NCBI GenBank assembly: GCA_963704705.1
Contig: OY969931.1
Coordinates: forward strand, 420,001-452,000
Direction of reading: 5' to 3'
DNA: 32,000 bases
Origin: an uncultured bacterium
GTDB lineage: Bacteria > Patescibacteriota > Gracilibacteria > UBA1369 > PNNO01
Positions 1-9,170 of this stretch are shown in pieces. How positions within the stretch are numbered: position 1 is the first letter of the stretch; the number at the start of each line of letters is the position of its first letter. Both the position numbers and the translations under genes were made by a program. The notes under the pieces were generated by a model. It was not told the DNA's origin and ran no database searches. It saw only the letters and a program-made list of their open reading frames with translations.

Positions 1-739
1 GAATAAGCCCAAATCCCGCTTTAATATAATTCCACGCATTCCATTTTATTGGTTCCAACGCACCTCCGATTCTATCTAGAAAGTGAAGTTGTTTTATTTT
101 GTGCCGTACATGTATATATAAGCCTAAAATCATTGGTATAACCAGTAACGCGAATATAGATTCTGACATAAGGAGCAAATCATATACTCCATGGAAGAAA
201 ACAGCAAGCAATAAACCTTTTGCCAGTAATTTTTTTTCAATTTGTTTATCTTTCTGGAATTTTGCTTTTCCAAAATAGTACCCCATGATTGCTCCGAACA
301 TTGCATGAGCCGGTACAGCTAAAATAGCTCTTATTACAGCAACATAAATTCCGCCTTCCATTACATAAAAAATATTTTCCAATGCAGCGAATCCAAGAGA
401 GGCAACAACACCGTAAATTACACCATCGTAGTATTCATCAAATTCAATGTTGTGATAAGCTTTCTTTTTAACAACCCAGTATTTGGCGAATTCTTCAATA
501 AGTGCAGTATAAACAAACGCCAGAATAATTAAATTAATAAAAGAAGATGAAAAAAGATCACCAAGATAACTTGCCAACCCATATTCAATCAGGCCTGCAA
601 TAAATGCTGCCAACATCCCCCACATAAAAATTTTCCACAAAAATTTTCTTGATTCTTTACGCTTATCCAGGTGGTCAAAATACCAAAGCAGTAATGCAAC
701 CGGAGCCAGTGATAATATTATTAAACCTATTGTCCACAT
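1..739 (-). CDS. PrsW-family intramembrane metalloprotease-like protein, truncated at the left window edge (not in the supplied ORF track)
   Basis: Manual reverse-strand translation from ATG at 739: MWTIGLIILSLAPVALLLWYFDHLDKRKESRKFF...ALIEEFAKYWVVKKKAYHNIEFDEYYDGVIYGVVASLGFAALENIFYVMEGG...ILAVPAHAMFGAIMGYYFG...LLAVFFHGVYDLLL. Shows the EExxK, GFAxxENxxY and two His-containing TM motifs of PrsW. Confidence 0.88.
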   Translation of the reverse strand, partial: MWTIGLIILSLAPVALLLWYFDHLDKRKESRKFLWKIFMWGMLAAFIAGLIEYGLASYLGDLFSSSFINLIILAFVYTALIEEFAKYWVVKKKAYHNIEFDEYYDGVIYGVVASLGFAALENIFYVMEGGIYVAVIRAILAVPAHAMFGAIMGYYFGKAKFQKDKQIEKKLLAKGLLLAVFFHGVYDLLLMSESIFALLVIPMILGLYIHVRHKIKQLHFLDRIGGALEPIKWNAWNYIKAGFGLI

Positions 740-796
740 ATAATCTATGATACCATTATTGATGACCTTACGATTTTACCAGAACACTTTAAAAAT

Positions 797-1555
797 ATGA
801 AAAAGATTATTATTTATACAGATGGCAGTTGTTTGGGAAATCCAGGACCTGGTGGTTATGGTGTTTTAATTCAGCCAAACGGAGATGAGATTATTTTAAG
901 TGGTGGTGAAGCTTCAACAACAAATAATAGAATGGAAATGATGGCTGTTTTAGAAGCTTTAAAATGGGTTGCGAACAATGCTGAAAAAAGTACTGAAGTT
1001 GATATTTATAGTGATTCAAGCCTGGTTGTGAACTCTATGAAACAGGGATGGAAAAGAAAAGCTAATTTGGATATTTGGGGAGAAATTGATAATACAATGA
1101 TTAAACTTGGAGATATCAAAATAAATTGGCATTGGGTAAAAGGTCATGCTGATAACGAATTCAATGAAAGAGTTGATGAAATTGCAGTTGAAGAATCAAA
1201 AAAGTTTGAAAAATCCGATCAAATAAAGCTTCCAACAGAACTTGCCGATGGTTATTTTTGCCAAAAATGTAATAAAAAGGTTGATGGAAGGTTAAGTTAT
1301 AATAGTGAAGCAGACATGATTCGGGTTGATTGTGAAAATTGCGGATCTTACATTATGTTTGCGGAAAAAAATCCAAAGAATCTAAAAGAAGCAAAAAAAC
1401 GAATACTCGCAAGCAAAGCTCAACTTGAAAAAATTAAGCAAATTAAAGAAGATCAGGGTGAAACAGTAGGGGACAAGGAAATGAAAAAACTTAAAACATT
1501 AACCCGCGAACAAGCGGATAAACTAATAAATAGCGCTCAAACATTATGGAACTAA
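797..1555 (+). CDS. RNase HI-family protein with a C-terminal extension containing a CxxC...CxxC zinc-ribbon-like segment
   Basis: YTDGSCLGNPGPGGYG, NNRMEMMAV, IYSDSSLVVNS and HADNEFNERVDE match RNase H motifs. The tail has CQKCNKKVDGRLSYNSEADMIRVDCENCGSYI. Confidence 0.9.
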   Translation: MKKIIIYTDGSCLGNPGPGGYGVLIQPNGDEIILSGGEASTTNNRMEMMAVLEALKWVANNAEKSTEVDIYSDSSLVVNSMKQGWKRKANLDIWGEIDNTMIKLGDIKINWHWVKGHADNEFNERVDEIAVEESKKFEKSDQIKLPTELADGYFCQKCNKKVDGRLSYNSEADMIRVDCENCGSYIMFAEKNPKNLKEAKKRILASKAQLEKIKQIKEDQGETVGDKEMKKLKTLTREQADKLINSAQTLWN

Positions 1556-1911
1556 GAAAACAATCAGAAGTTTCGGAAGACTTGGTTAATTGCCCGGAAA
1601 CAACCATAGTACTGCCTACAGATGAAGTCAGAGATAAATTGGTAAAATTATATTTTATTGCCAAATCCAATTTGGAAACTTTAGCGGCAATTTTTGAAGC
1701 AGTACAGGATAGAACTTTTGGCAGGGCGATTGTGAGAAAGAATTATATTATTATGAATCCAGATTATATTATGACCATACCTGATAAATTGCCTTATATG
1801 ACAGCAGAAATCGAAAAAGTATATATGGAAATTATTGATGCAAATCAACTAGCTTCAGTATTTCAATCATTTGCAAGATCATCTGTAACAGGGCAGGCAC
1901 CTCATCTTTAA
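1546..1911 (+). CDS. Hypothetical protein (121 aa), overlaps the preceding stop by 10 nt
   Basis: ORF with ATG at 1546 inside the end of the RNase H gene. It ends just before the tRNA promoter. No family recognised. Confidence 0.65.
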   Translation: MELRKQSEVSEDLVNCPETTIVLPTDEVRDKLVKLYFIAKSNLETLAAIFEAVQDRTFGRAIVRKNYIIMNPDYIMTIPDKLPYMTAEIEKVYMEIIDANQLASVFQSFARSSVTGQAPHL

Positions 1912-1922
1912 TGATTTTTTTC

Positions 1923-1951
1923 TTGATATAAACTTTGGCGCAAAGTATACT
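1923..1951 (+). promoter_or_regulatory. Sigma70-type promoter for tRNA-Phe
   Basis: TTGATA (1923-1928) - 17 nt - TATACT (1946-1951), 24 nt before the tRNA 5' end. Confidence 0.75.
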
Positions 1952-1975
1952 CTTTTTTGTTGAAAAAGTTATTTT

Positions 1976-2050
1976 GCCGCGGTAGCTCAGTGGTAGAGCA
2001 GAAGACTGAAAATCTTCGTGTCGGTGGTTCAATTCCGCCCCGCGGCACCA
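1976..2050 (+). tRNA. tRNA-Phe (GAA) with encoded CCA
   Basis: Complete cloverleaf: acceptor GCCGCGG/CCGCGGC + A + CCA; D-stem GCTC/GAGC; anticodon stem-loop GAAGA-CTGAAAA-TCTTC; T-arm GGTGG-TTCAATT-CCGCC. Total 75 nt. Confidence 0.97.
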
Positions 2051-2051
2051 G

Positions 2052-2108
2052 GACCGAAGCGCAAAGCGCGGAGGTCTATGGAGTGAGCACAAGCGAGCAA
2101 AGCGAAAG
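2052..2108 (+). other. GC-rich structured element immediately 3' of tRNA-Phe
   Basis: Nested inverted repeat GACC-GAA-GCGC-AAA-GCGC-GGA-GGTC (2052-2076), followed by repeated AGCG/GAGC words (gagtgagcacaagcgagcaaagcgaaag). Confidence 0.5.
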
Positions 2109-2274
2109 ATTTGACTTTATTAAATTATTATTTCATACTATCGAATTCCCGTCCTAGGACGGATTTTTAGTAGTAAAACATAATTTATAAAAAATGCAAA
2201 TTTTTACTGATATGGCATGAGAAAAATTTTTATGATAATCTTGCAATTGTCCTATTCATAATCTTAAAAAAATT

Positions 2275-3345
2275 ATGGCACAACAAACCTTTGGTAATAA
2301 ACTGGTTGGCTCGATAGGCTGGCTCTTATTGGGCATATTGGTTTTTATAGGGTCATTTGTACTGCTTTATTATTCTGAAGGCAGAACAAATTACACTGAC
2401 ATTGCTGAAACTGCAGTTAATGTAGATGAAGCAAAAGATGCAAAAGATTTTGTTTATATTACCCGTGAACTTGATACCTCTGAGTTTCTTGGTGATGGAT
2501 TATTCTTATACGAAGGTGATTATTTGGTTGTTGATAGAAGTGTTGATATGTATAGCTGGGTTGAAGAGGTTGAATCTGAAAATGACGAGAAAGTTTATAC
2601 ATACGATACAAAATGGGTTGAGGACGTTCCTGACAGCGAAGAATTTAAAGAACCTAAAGGCCACGAAAATCCACCAAAACCTGTTAAAAGTGAAAGATAT
2701 AAAGTAAGCGAAGCAACTGTTGGAATTTATAATGTTGATATGGATGAAATAAATCTGCCTTCTACATCACCATTAAAACTTACTGAAGATAATGTTACGT
2801 TAGATGGATATCAGGAAATAGTTTCAGATGATGATTATGATTATATTTTTGATGGATACGGAACTTATGATAAACCTGAGATAGGTGATATAAGAGTGCG
2901 ATATTCTGTTTTAAAGCCAATGGATGAAGTTACTGTATTTGGAAGGGTAGCTGATGAAAAAATCGGTCCACATCACGGAGAAGCAGAAAATAAACTTTAC
3001 AGGATTTTCAAAGGAACAAAAGAGGATGCAATGGCTGCGTTGCAGGGTGAATATCGAGCTGCTGGTTGGTTTGGCAGAATCGGTGTATTTATTATGATGT
3101 GGATTGGCCTATTGATGATATTAAGTCCGCTATCTACATCAATGGAATTAATTCCATTTTTAAGTGATGTAGGGAAAGGTGCATTAACATTTATAACATT
3201 TGTTATTGCTTTGATTTTAACTATTGTTGGAACTTTTGTATTTTCAATATTGCATAATACAGTTGGTTTACTAATTGTGATAGTTATTGCCGGAGCAATT
3301 GGTTTTTATATATATACAAAACCTCCTTCAGCAAAGAAAACATAA
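2275..3345 (+). CDS. TMEM43-family multi-pass membrane protein
   Basis: N-terminal TM (GWLLLGILVFIGSFVLLYYSEGR) followed by a large extracytoplasmic region and three C-terminal TM segments. This is the TMEM43 layout, including the 'hhYxxEGR' signature after TM1. Confidence 0.75.
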   Translation: MAQQTFGNKLVGSIGWLLLGILVFIGSFVLLYYSEGRTNYTDIAETAVNVDEAKDAKDFVYITRELDTSEFLGDGLFLYEGDYLVVDRSVDMYSWVEEVESENDEKVYTYDTKWVEDVPDSEEFKEPKGHENPPKPVKSERYKVSEATVGIYNVDMDEINLPSTSPLKLTEDNVTLDGYQEIVSDDDYDYIFDGYGTYDKPEIGDIRVRYSVLKPMDEVTVFGRVADEKIGPHHGEAENKLYRIFKGTKEDAMAALQGEYRAAGWFGRIGVFIMMWIGLLMILSPLSTSMELIPFLSDVGKGALTFITFVIALILTIVGTFVFSILHNTVGLLIVIVIAGAIGFYIYTKPPSAKKT

Positions 3346-3351
3346 TTAATT

Positions 3352-3393
3352 AAAAAGACCCCCAATGCATAATTGCAGAAGGGGTCTTTTTTT
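3352..3393. terminator. Bidirectional rho-independent terminator between convergent genes
   Basis: AAAAAGACCCC (3352-3362) ... GGGGTCTTTTT (3381-3391), with A-run and T-run on either side. The inner TGCA/TGCA pairing extends the hairpin. Confidence 0.9.
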
Positions 3394-3408
3394 AATGTAA
3401 AAAATTAT

Positions 3409-6219
3409 TTATGCAGCCATTTCAAGTAGCATAATCACAACTGTAAGTTTTGCAATTTCAGCTCTTAAAATATCGTTTCCGCCTTTGAATGTTCCATCAG
3501 CATATCCTTCAATTAAATCGTTATCAACTGCGTACGCTACATAAGCAGCATACCAAATTGATTCTGATACATCGCTAAAGCTTGTTGCTGAAGTAGTGTC
3601 GTATCCTTCAATATCCACACCTTTCGCAAGTAATAAAATCTTTAATGCTTCAGCTCTGTTTACATTATTTCCAGGTCTGAAATTGCCGTCATCATAACCT
3701 TCAACAATTCCAAGATCAGCTGCTGTTTTAACATATGGAGTATACCATTCAGTTATAGGAGTATCATCGAATGGCGCAACATCTACACTTGCAGGAACAT
3801 CAATTCCATTTGCAAGTAAAGCGACTTTAACCATTTCCGCTCTTGTTGTTGGCATTGCAACACCAAACATATTGCTGTCACCATAACCAGTCATAATATT
3901 TGCAAGATATAGTTTTGCAATATATTCAGCTGCCCAGTGAGTTTCATCATAGTCGCTGAAATTGTCTGCAACACCGGCAATATCATCAGCAGAAAGAGTT
4001 TCACCTGTAACTGTTTCAGGAGTTGCAACAGTAGTAGTAGTGTCTTCAGTTGTAGTAGTTTCTGATTGAGCAGCAGCTTCTTCTGTAGTGATAACTGTTT
4101 TAGTAGAAGCATCCCAAACATAACCATCTTCTAATCCACAATATACATTACAACCGTCTCCAGCTGTTCTGTTACCATCATCACAAGTTTCATTTGAATC
4201 TAGTATCCCATCGCCACAAGTGCTAACGCCACCGCCGCCGCCGCCACCACCACCGCCGCCACCGACAGCGATAGTTAACGTATTATTAGCAGGTATAGCA
4301 GGAGCTGCATCAGCATCAGTTGGTCCATCGTTTACAGATGATACAGTTACTCCGTTTTGTGGTATTGCTAAAATGAATGTATTTGCACCAAGCGGTGGAC
4401 TAGTTATATCTAATCCAACAAATAATTTAATTCCACCTGCAGTAATAGCAGTGGTAAGTCCTGTTAAATCCCAGCTGTCAACAGTATCCCAAGTTGCTGT
4501 ACCTAAACTGGTATCACCGGTTCCTGGTTCAAATGTATTGTCACCATCATCTAACCAAACTTTTACAGCTGTTGTTTCGGTATTAATAGCAGTACCATTA
4601 TTTTTAATTTCTATTCCGGTAAGTTGATCATTTGCTTCGTCTACAACTCCGTTTGGAGCAGCACCCTGATCAGTACCTTCATCAATTAAAATACTTTCAG
4701 ATGAATCAATAGGTGTTGTACCAGTATGTAAACAAGCTTGTGTACCTGCACCTGCACCATCACAATCAGCAGCAAAACCAATTAAACCATCCAGGTTTGT
4801 TAAGCCACCAGTTGAATAAACATCATCGTCAGCACTTGTAGAATATGTTCCAAAACCACCTGCATCAACACCCATCCAGTCATTCACTCCGTCCCAAGCA
4901 CCTCCATTTGCATTATCATAAAATCCAAAATTCCAGCTTGCTGGTACTGTAGGAAAACTTAGAGCATCATTAAATGCTGTTCCTGCTATTAAAGTTTCAA
5001 TTCCATTGTCAAAAAAGATATTTCCGTCATCACTGAAAATCATATCAGCAGCAACATTCCATGCTGCTCCAGCAACGGCATCGTAAAAGTAAAGTGAAGT
5101 CCAGTCAGAATCTTTAGTGGTTGTAATAGTAGTTCCTGCCACAGGTGGTACTCCGTCAATTGTTGTATCTGCAGCAGCAGAATAAGTGTATTCACCTGGT
5201 ACATTTTCTTCAAACCAATCAGTTGTTGCGTCTAATGTGCCTTTATTTGTAACCCACATGTTAGCAACTGTAATTAAGGTATCAGTACCTGCAGTGCAGG
5301 CTCCTCCTATAAAATAAGTTCCTGTTCCAACAGCACCGTCACAAGCGGTTCCGTCAGTATCAGTATAAACGCAAGTTGCTGATGAAAGAGTTGTGTTATC
5401 AGAACAAACATTATCTCCAGCCACAATCGTATATAAAGCAGCTCCGGCTGAAGGTAAAGCATCTGATCCGTCAACAATAAGTGCATCAGCAGCGCTTGTA
5501 TAAACACCATCAGCATCATCATCAACACCAATCCAGTCAGCAGCACCATTATAAGCGTCACCATTTGCTGCATCGTAGTACCATAAATCCCAGTTTGCCG
5601 GTTCAGTTAAAGTACCGGCTCCGGTAGTAACTGAAGCTCCAGCCTCTAGAACATCAGAAGATGCTACTCCGGTATCATAATAAATATTCCCATCATCTAA
5701 AAAGACTAAATCATTTGCAGAATTCCATGGAGTTCCTGGAGCAAAATAATGAAAATACATATCAGTCCAGTCTGCGTCTACAGCAGAAGCAATTGTTGTA
5801 CCTGCAGCTAGTGCAACAGTACCTGCTACATCAGTATCAGCACTTGCAGTATAAACTCCGTCCGCATCCAAATCTCGTACAACCGGTTCAGTTCCCTGGA
5901 ATCCATCAGGTGCTGCTTCATAGTATCCAACACCAGTAGTTGTACCCAAAGCTGGGATAGCAACTAATGTATCTCCTGTATAAAATGGAGTTCCTCCGTC
6001 AACCAGTAATATATCTTCAGTTCCGCCATTTACTCCGTCAGGAATTACTACTTCAAGAGCTTTATTGTTAACTGATCCAGCAGAAACAGAATGACTGCCA
6101 ACATCAGTGAACCCGAAATCTCCTGTTGTTGAAGCTGAAGCTACACTGGCTGTGAGCAGCAACAACATGGCACAAAGAGATATCTTTGCACCAACAAGAA
6201 TAGTTTTCTTGTTTTTCAT
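3409..6219 (-). CDS. Secreted S-layer-type protein: signal peptide, ~50-aa degenerate internal repeats, poly-Gly linker, DUF4215-like Cys-rich repeat, three C-terminal SLH domains
   Basis: The start is most likely the internal ATG at 6219 (MKNKKTILVGAKISLCAMLLLLTASVASA), not the ORF-track start at 6285. CGDGILDSNETCDDGNRTAGDGCNVYC is DUF4215/Cys-rich repeat-like. SLH motifs include WYTPYVKTAADLGIVEGYDDGNFRPGNNVNRAEALKIL and WYAAYVAYAVDNDLIEGYADGTFKGGNDILRAEIAKL. Confidence 0.9.
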   Translation of the reverse strand: MKNKKTILVGAKISLCAMLLLLTASVASASTTGDFGFTDVGSHSVSAGSVNNKALEVVIPDGVNGGTEDILLVDGGTPFYTGDTLVAIPALGTTTGVGYYEAAPDGFQGTEPVVRDLDADGVYTASADTDVAGTVALAAGTTIASAVDADWTDMYFHYFAPGTPWNSANDLVFLDDGNIYYDTGVASSDVLEAGASVTTGAGTLTEPANWDLWYYDAANGDAYNGAADWIGVDDDADGVYTSAADALIVDGSDALPSAGAALYTIVAGDNVCSDNTTLSSATCVYTDTDGTACDGAVGTGTYFIGGACTAGTDTLITVANMWVTNKGTLDATTDWFEENVPGEYTYSAAADTTIDGVPPVAGTTITTTKDSDWTSLYFYDAVAGAAWNVAADMIFSDDGNIFFDNGIETLIAGTAFNDALSFPTVPASWNFGFYDNANGGAWDGVNDWMGVDAGGFGTYSTSADDDVYSTGGLTNLDGLIGFAADCDGAGAGTQACLHTGTTPIDSSESILIDEGTDQGAAPNGVVDEANDQLTGIEIKNNGTAINTETTAVKVWLDDGDNTFEPGTGDTSLGTATWDTVDSWDLTGLTTAITAGGIKLFVGLDITSPPLGANTFILAIPQNGVTVSSVNDGPTDADAAPAIPANNTLTIAVGGGGGGGGGGGGVSTCGDGILDSNETCDDGNRTAGDGCNVYCGLEDGYVWDASTKTVITTEEAAAQSETTTTEDTTTTVATPETVTGETLSADDIAGVADNFSDYDETHWAAEYIAKLYLANIMTGYGDSNMFGVAMPTTRAEMVKVALLANGIDVPASVDVAPFDDTPITEWYTPYVKTAADLGIVEGYDDGNFRPGNNVNRAEALKILLLAKGVDIEGYDTTSATSFSDVSESIWYAAYVAYAVDNDLIEGYADGTFKGGNDILRAEIAKLTVVIMLLEMAA
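4228..4263 (-). repeat. GGC/GGT microsatellite encoding ~12 consecutive glycines
   Basis: gccaccgccgccgccgccaccaccaccgccgccacc on + strand. It separates the repeat region from the Cys-rich module. Confidence 0.9.
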
Positions 6220-6384
6220 GCATCTAAGGTTAATAATTAAATCCACATAATTATATGCGCCTGCTTGACAAATGTAAATTGACATATACTGAACCCTTAT
6301 TCTTATTTAAATGTAAGGATTTTCTTAACTTTTTCGTGTGTATTCTATATACTTATAATTTGTTGGATAACTAACAATTAAAAT

Positions 6385-8565
6385 ATGAAAAAAACATTGG
6401 CAGCAACCAGCATAATGGCTTTTATGCTATTTAGTTTGAACGGTTGTGCACCTGATACGAAAACTGAAGATACTCAAGAACCCAATCAAACTGAAGAAAC
6501 TCAAACTACTGAAATCCCTACTGCACAGGCAGCAACTTTTGCAGAATGGCAAGATAATACTGTTGGATTTACACCAAGTATTCCTGATTATGAAATTAAA
6601 CCTGACCTTAGCAATGTTGATTACACTGATATTTTGCAGGGTCCTACTGACAGCAATAAACTTTTAGCTGAAAATGGTTTCTATGTAAGTGAAGGATGGA
6701 GTGAGGAATTTTTTAGTTTATATGAAGACAACCGTTATGAATTGATTCCAAACTTTGTTACGACCGATTCTGTTTTGCATACATACCATCTTTATTTTAA
6801 CTTTTTATTGAAATCTTTGGAGGAAAATGAGCTTTACGATATTTCTGAAACTATAACTGAAGATATGCTTCAGGCTTCCCTTGATCAATATGAAAAATTA
6901 AAAGGTACGGAATGGGAAGCTGCGGCAAAAGTAAATGTTGGATATTTCAGTGTTGCATTAAAACAACTTAAACCTGATGCACCAATTAACGATTTAGTTA
7001 AAGAAGCCGTTGAAGCTGACAATGCAGCAATGACTAGCCATGAAGGTATCGGAACTCCGGCTGTTTATGGTGAAGGTTCTGATTACATGGAAGATTTTTC
7101 TCAATATGTTCCAAGAGGCCACTATACAAAATCTGAAAAATTGAGCAGATATTTTAATGCTTTAATGTGGTATGGAAGAATGACTTTCAGGCTTCAGAAT
7201 AATGAAGAAACAAAATCAGCACTTTTGATTATGGCTGCTTTAGATAATAATGAAGAAATGCTTGCTAACTGGAAGCGTTTATATGAACCTATTGGATTTT
7301 TTGTAGGCGATCCTGATGATCTTGTTTATTTGGACTTCCAGCCTGTTGCGCGGGATATTTATGGAGATCTAACTTTAGAAAACCTTCAAAATGGTGATTT
7401 GGCTGCATTTATTGCTAAAGCAAAACAACTTAGAGATCCTGGTGTTAATTCAATGCCGGTATTGGGCCCTGCTTTGAATCCTGAAAGAGCCTCAGTTGAA
7501 GATAGAACTGAAGATACAAAAGGATTTAGGTTTTTAGGTCAAAGATTTACTATTGATGCATCAATTTTCCAAAGACTTATTTATAGAGAAACTGATAAGA
7601 ATAAAGATACAGGTGACGTCAGAATGCTTCCTAATGGATTGGATATCCCTGCTGCTTTTGGTTCAGATCTAGCATATAAAATTTTGGAAGATAAAGGAGA
7701 AACAAAGTATGCAAATTATCCTGAAAATATGAATAAGCTTGTGCTTGCAATAAATCAATTACCAAAGTCAAAGTGGACTGAAAATTTATATTGGGGATGG
7801 ATGTACACTTTAAAAACTCTACTACCCACTGACTACTCAACAGGCTATCCAGTGTTTATGCAAAACGATGCTTGGAAAAGAAAAGAATTAACAACTTTCT
7901 TGGGCAGCTGGGCTGAACTTAAGCACGATACAATACTTTATGCTAAGCAGGTTTACGCTGAACTTGGAGGTGGTCCAATGATCGAAGAAAGAGATGATCG
8001 CGGATATGTTGAGCCGAATCCTGATCTTTATGCAAGACTTGCTTCACTCACACAATTAACAAGTGACGGTTTGGAACAGAGAGGTATTTTAAGCACGTCA
8101 AACAAAGATTCATTAAGCAAACTTAATGATTTGTTGATTCAGCTTCGCGATATTTCAGTTAAAGAACTTCAAAATGAAGCACTTACTGATGACGAATATG
8201 AATTAATTAGAACTTACGGTGGTTCACTTGAGCATTTCTGGAATGAAACATTCAGCGATGAAGAAAAGAATCAGGGCAATTTATTAAATGATAATCCTGC
8301 GCCGATTATTGCAGATGTTGCAACCGATCCTAACTGCTGTGTACTTGAAGTTGGAACCGGCTATGTTGAACCGATATTTGTTGTGTTCCCGATTGATGGA
8401 AAACTGCGTGTTGGTAAGGGAGGAGTTTATTCTTATTATGAATTCTCATGGCCAATGTCTGATCGTTTAACTGATGAAAAATGGCGTGATGAAGTATTGA
8501 CTGATTGGGAAAATCCACCTGCGAGACTTGACTGGCAAACTTATTTATCTGATTTTGATGAATAA
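6385..8565 (+). CDS. DUF3160 domain-containing lipoprotein
   Basis: Lipoprotein signal MKKTLAATSIMAFMLFSLNGC. DUF3160-like body includes ELIPNFVTTDSVLHTYHLYFNFLLKSLE, ALMWYGRMTFRL, DVRMLPNGLDIPAAFGSDLAY and C-terminal VEPIFVVFPIDGKLRVGKGGVYSYYEF. Confidence 0.85.
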   Translation: MKKTLAATSIMAFMLFSLNGCAPDTKTEDTQEPNQTEETQTTEIPTAQAATFAEWQDNTVGFTPSIPDYEIKPDLSNVDYTDILQGPTDSNKLLAENGFYVSEGWSEEFFSLYEDNRYELIPNFVTTDSVLHTYHLYFNFLLKSLEENELYDISETITEDMLQASLDQYEKLKGTEWEAAAKVNVGYFSVALKQLKPDAPINDLVKEAVEADNAAMTSHEGIGTPAVYGEGSDYMEDFSQYVPRGHYTKSEKLSRYFNALMWYGRMTFRLQNNEETKSALLIMAALDNNEEMLANWKRLYEPIGFFVGDPDDLVYLDFQPVARDIYGDLTLENLQNGDLAAFIAKAKQLRDPGVNSMPVLGPALNPERASVEDRTEDTKGFRFLGQRFTIDASIFQRLIYRETDKNKDTGDVRMLPNGLDIPAAFGSDLAYKILEDKGETKYANYPENMNKLVLAINQLPKSKWTENLYWGWMYTLKTLLPTDYSTGYPVFMQNDAWKRKELTTFLGSWAELKHDTILYAKQVYAELGGGPMIEERDDRGYVEPNPDLYARLASLTQLTSDGLEQRGILSTSNKDSLSKLNDLLIQLRDISVKELQNEALTDDEYELIRTYGGSLEHFWNETFSDEEKNQGNLLNDNPAPIIADVATDPNCCVLEVGTGYVEPIFVVFPIDGKLRVGKGGVYSYYEFSWPMSDRLTDEKWRDEVLTDWENPPARLDWQTYLSDFDE

Positions 8566-9154
8566 TAAAATCGTAATTAATTTAATTATTGGAGGGGGAC
8601 TTATAGTCCTCCTCTTTGTTCTTGTTTCAGTTAAAACAGTTGCATTAATCAGCTTTGAAAATAATGATTACTGCATCACAAAAAAATATTATTTTGAGTT
8701 TAATAAACCGAATAAAAGCCCTGAATTGCCGGATTTTAAACTTGATGAGAATTGGGATATAGAAGATGTGATTAAAGGTGATTTTGATAATGACGGAGAT
8801 CCGGATGTTGGAATTTATTTATGGAAGGTCGGCAATTACGGCGATTCGCTGCCTTTTTGGGAGAAGTCGAATGATACTTCCTATAAACAGCATTTGTTTC
8901 TTTTTGAGGAAGATGGTTCAGCGATTTGGCAATCATCAAATCTTCCATATCATAATATAAAAACAATACTCACGGATATTAATAATGATGGTGAAAACGA
9001 ATTAGTTGTACTAGAAAAACCTTATGATAAAGCCAAAACTACTGTTGCGGTTTGGAAATGGGATGAATGGGGATTTACAAATTTATGGCGAAGCGAACCT
9101 GGCAATTATACCGATTTACAATTAAAATTGGACTATGCTATTAGAGTTACGTAA
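8558..9154 (+). CDS. Membrane-anchored FG-GAP/VCBS-like repeat protein
   Basis: ATG at 8558 overlaps the previous stop (GATGAATAA); the ORF-track start at 8528 is TTG. N-terminal TM MNNKIVINLIIGGGLIVLLFVLV, then GDFDNDGDPDVGIYLWK and TDINNDGENELVVL repeats. Confidence 0.65.
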   Translation: MNNKIVINLIIGGGLIVLLFVLVSVKTVALISFENNDYCITKKYYFEFNKPNKSPELPDFKLDENWDIEDVIKGDFDNDGDPDVGIYLWKVGNYGDSLPFWEKSNDTSYKQHLFLFEEDGSAIWQSSNLPYHNIKTILTDINNDGENELVVLEKPYDKAKTTVAVWKWDEWGFTNLWRSEPGNYTDLQLKLDYAIRVT

Positions 9155-9170
9155 AAAATTACAGCGTAAA

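Noticed and set aside
1832-2157. ORFs 1832..2092 (-) and 1957..2157 (+)
   Set aside because: Both run through the tRNA-Phe gene and its GC-rich tail. They are explained by the RNA gene, not by coding.
2426-2707. ORF 2426..2707 (+) inside the TMEM43-like gene
   Set aside because: Out-of-frame shadow of a well-supported longer CDS; low-complexity K/L content.
3891-5939. ORFs 3891..4127 (-), 4220..4627 (+), 5307..5573 (-), 5661..5939 (-), including a poly-Pro ORF
   Set aside because: Shadows of the SLH protein gene. The poly-Pro is the complement of the poly-Gly microsatellite, and the Leu/Gln-rich frames mirror Ala/Thr/Asp repeats.
7631-8518. ORFs 7631..7840 (-), 8288..8470 (+), 8330..8518 (-) within the DUF3160 gene
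   Set aside because: Short out-of-frame ORFs fully contained in a recognised coding sequence.
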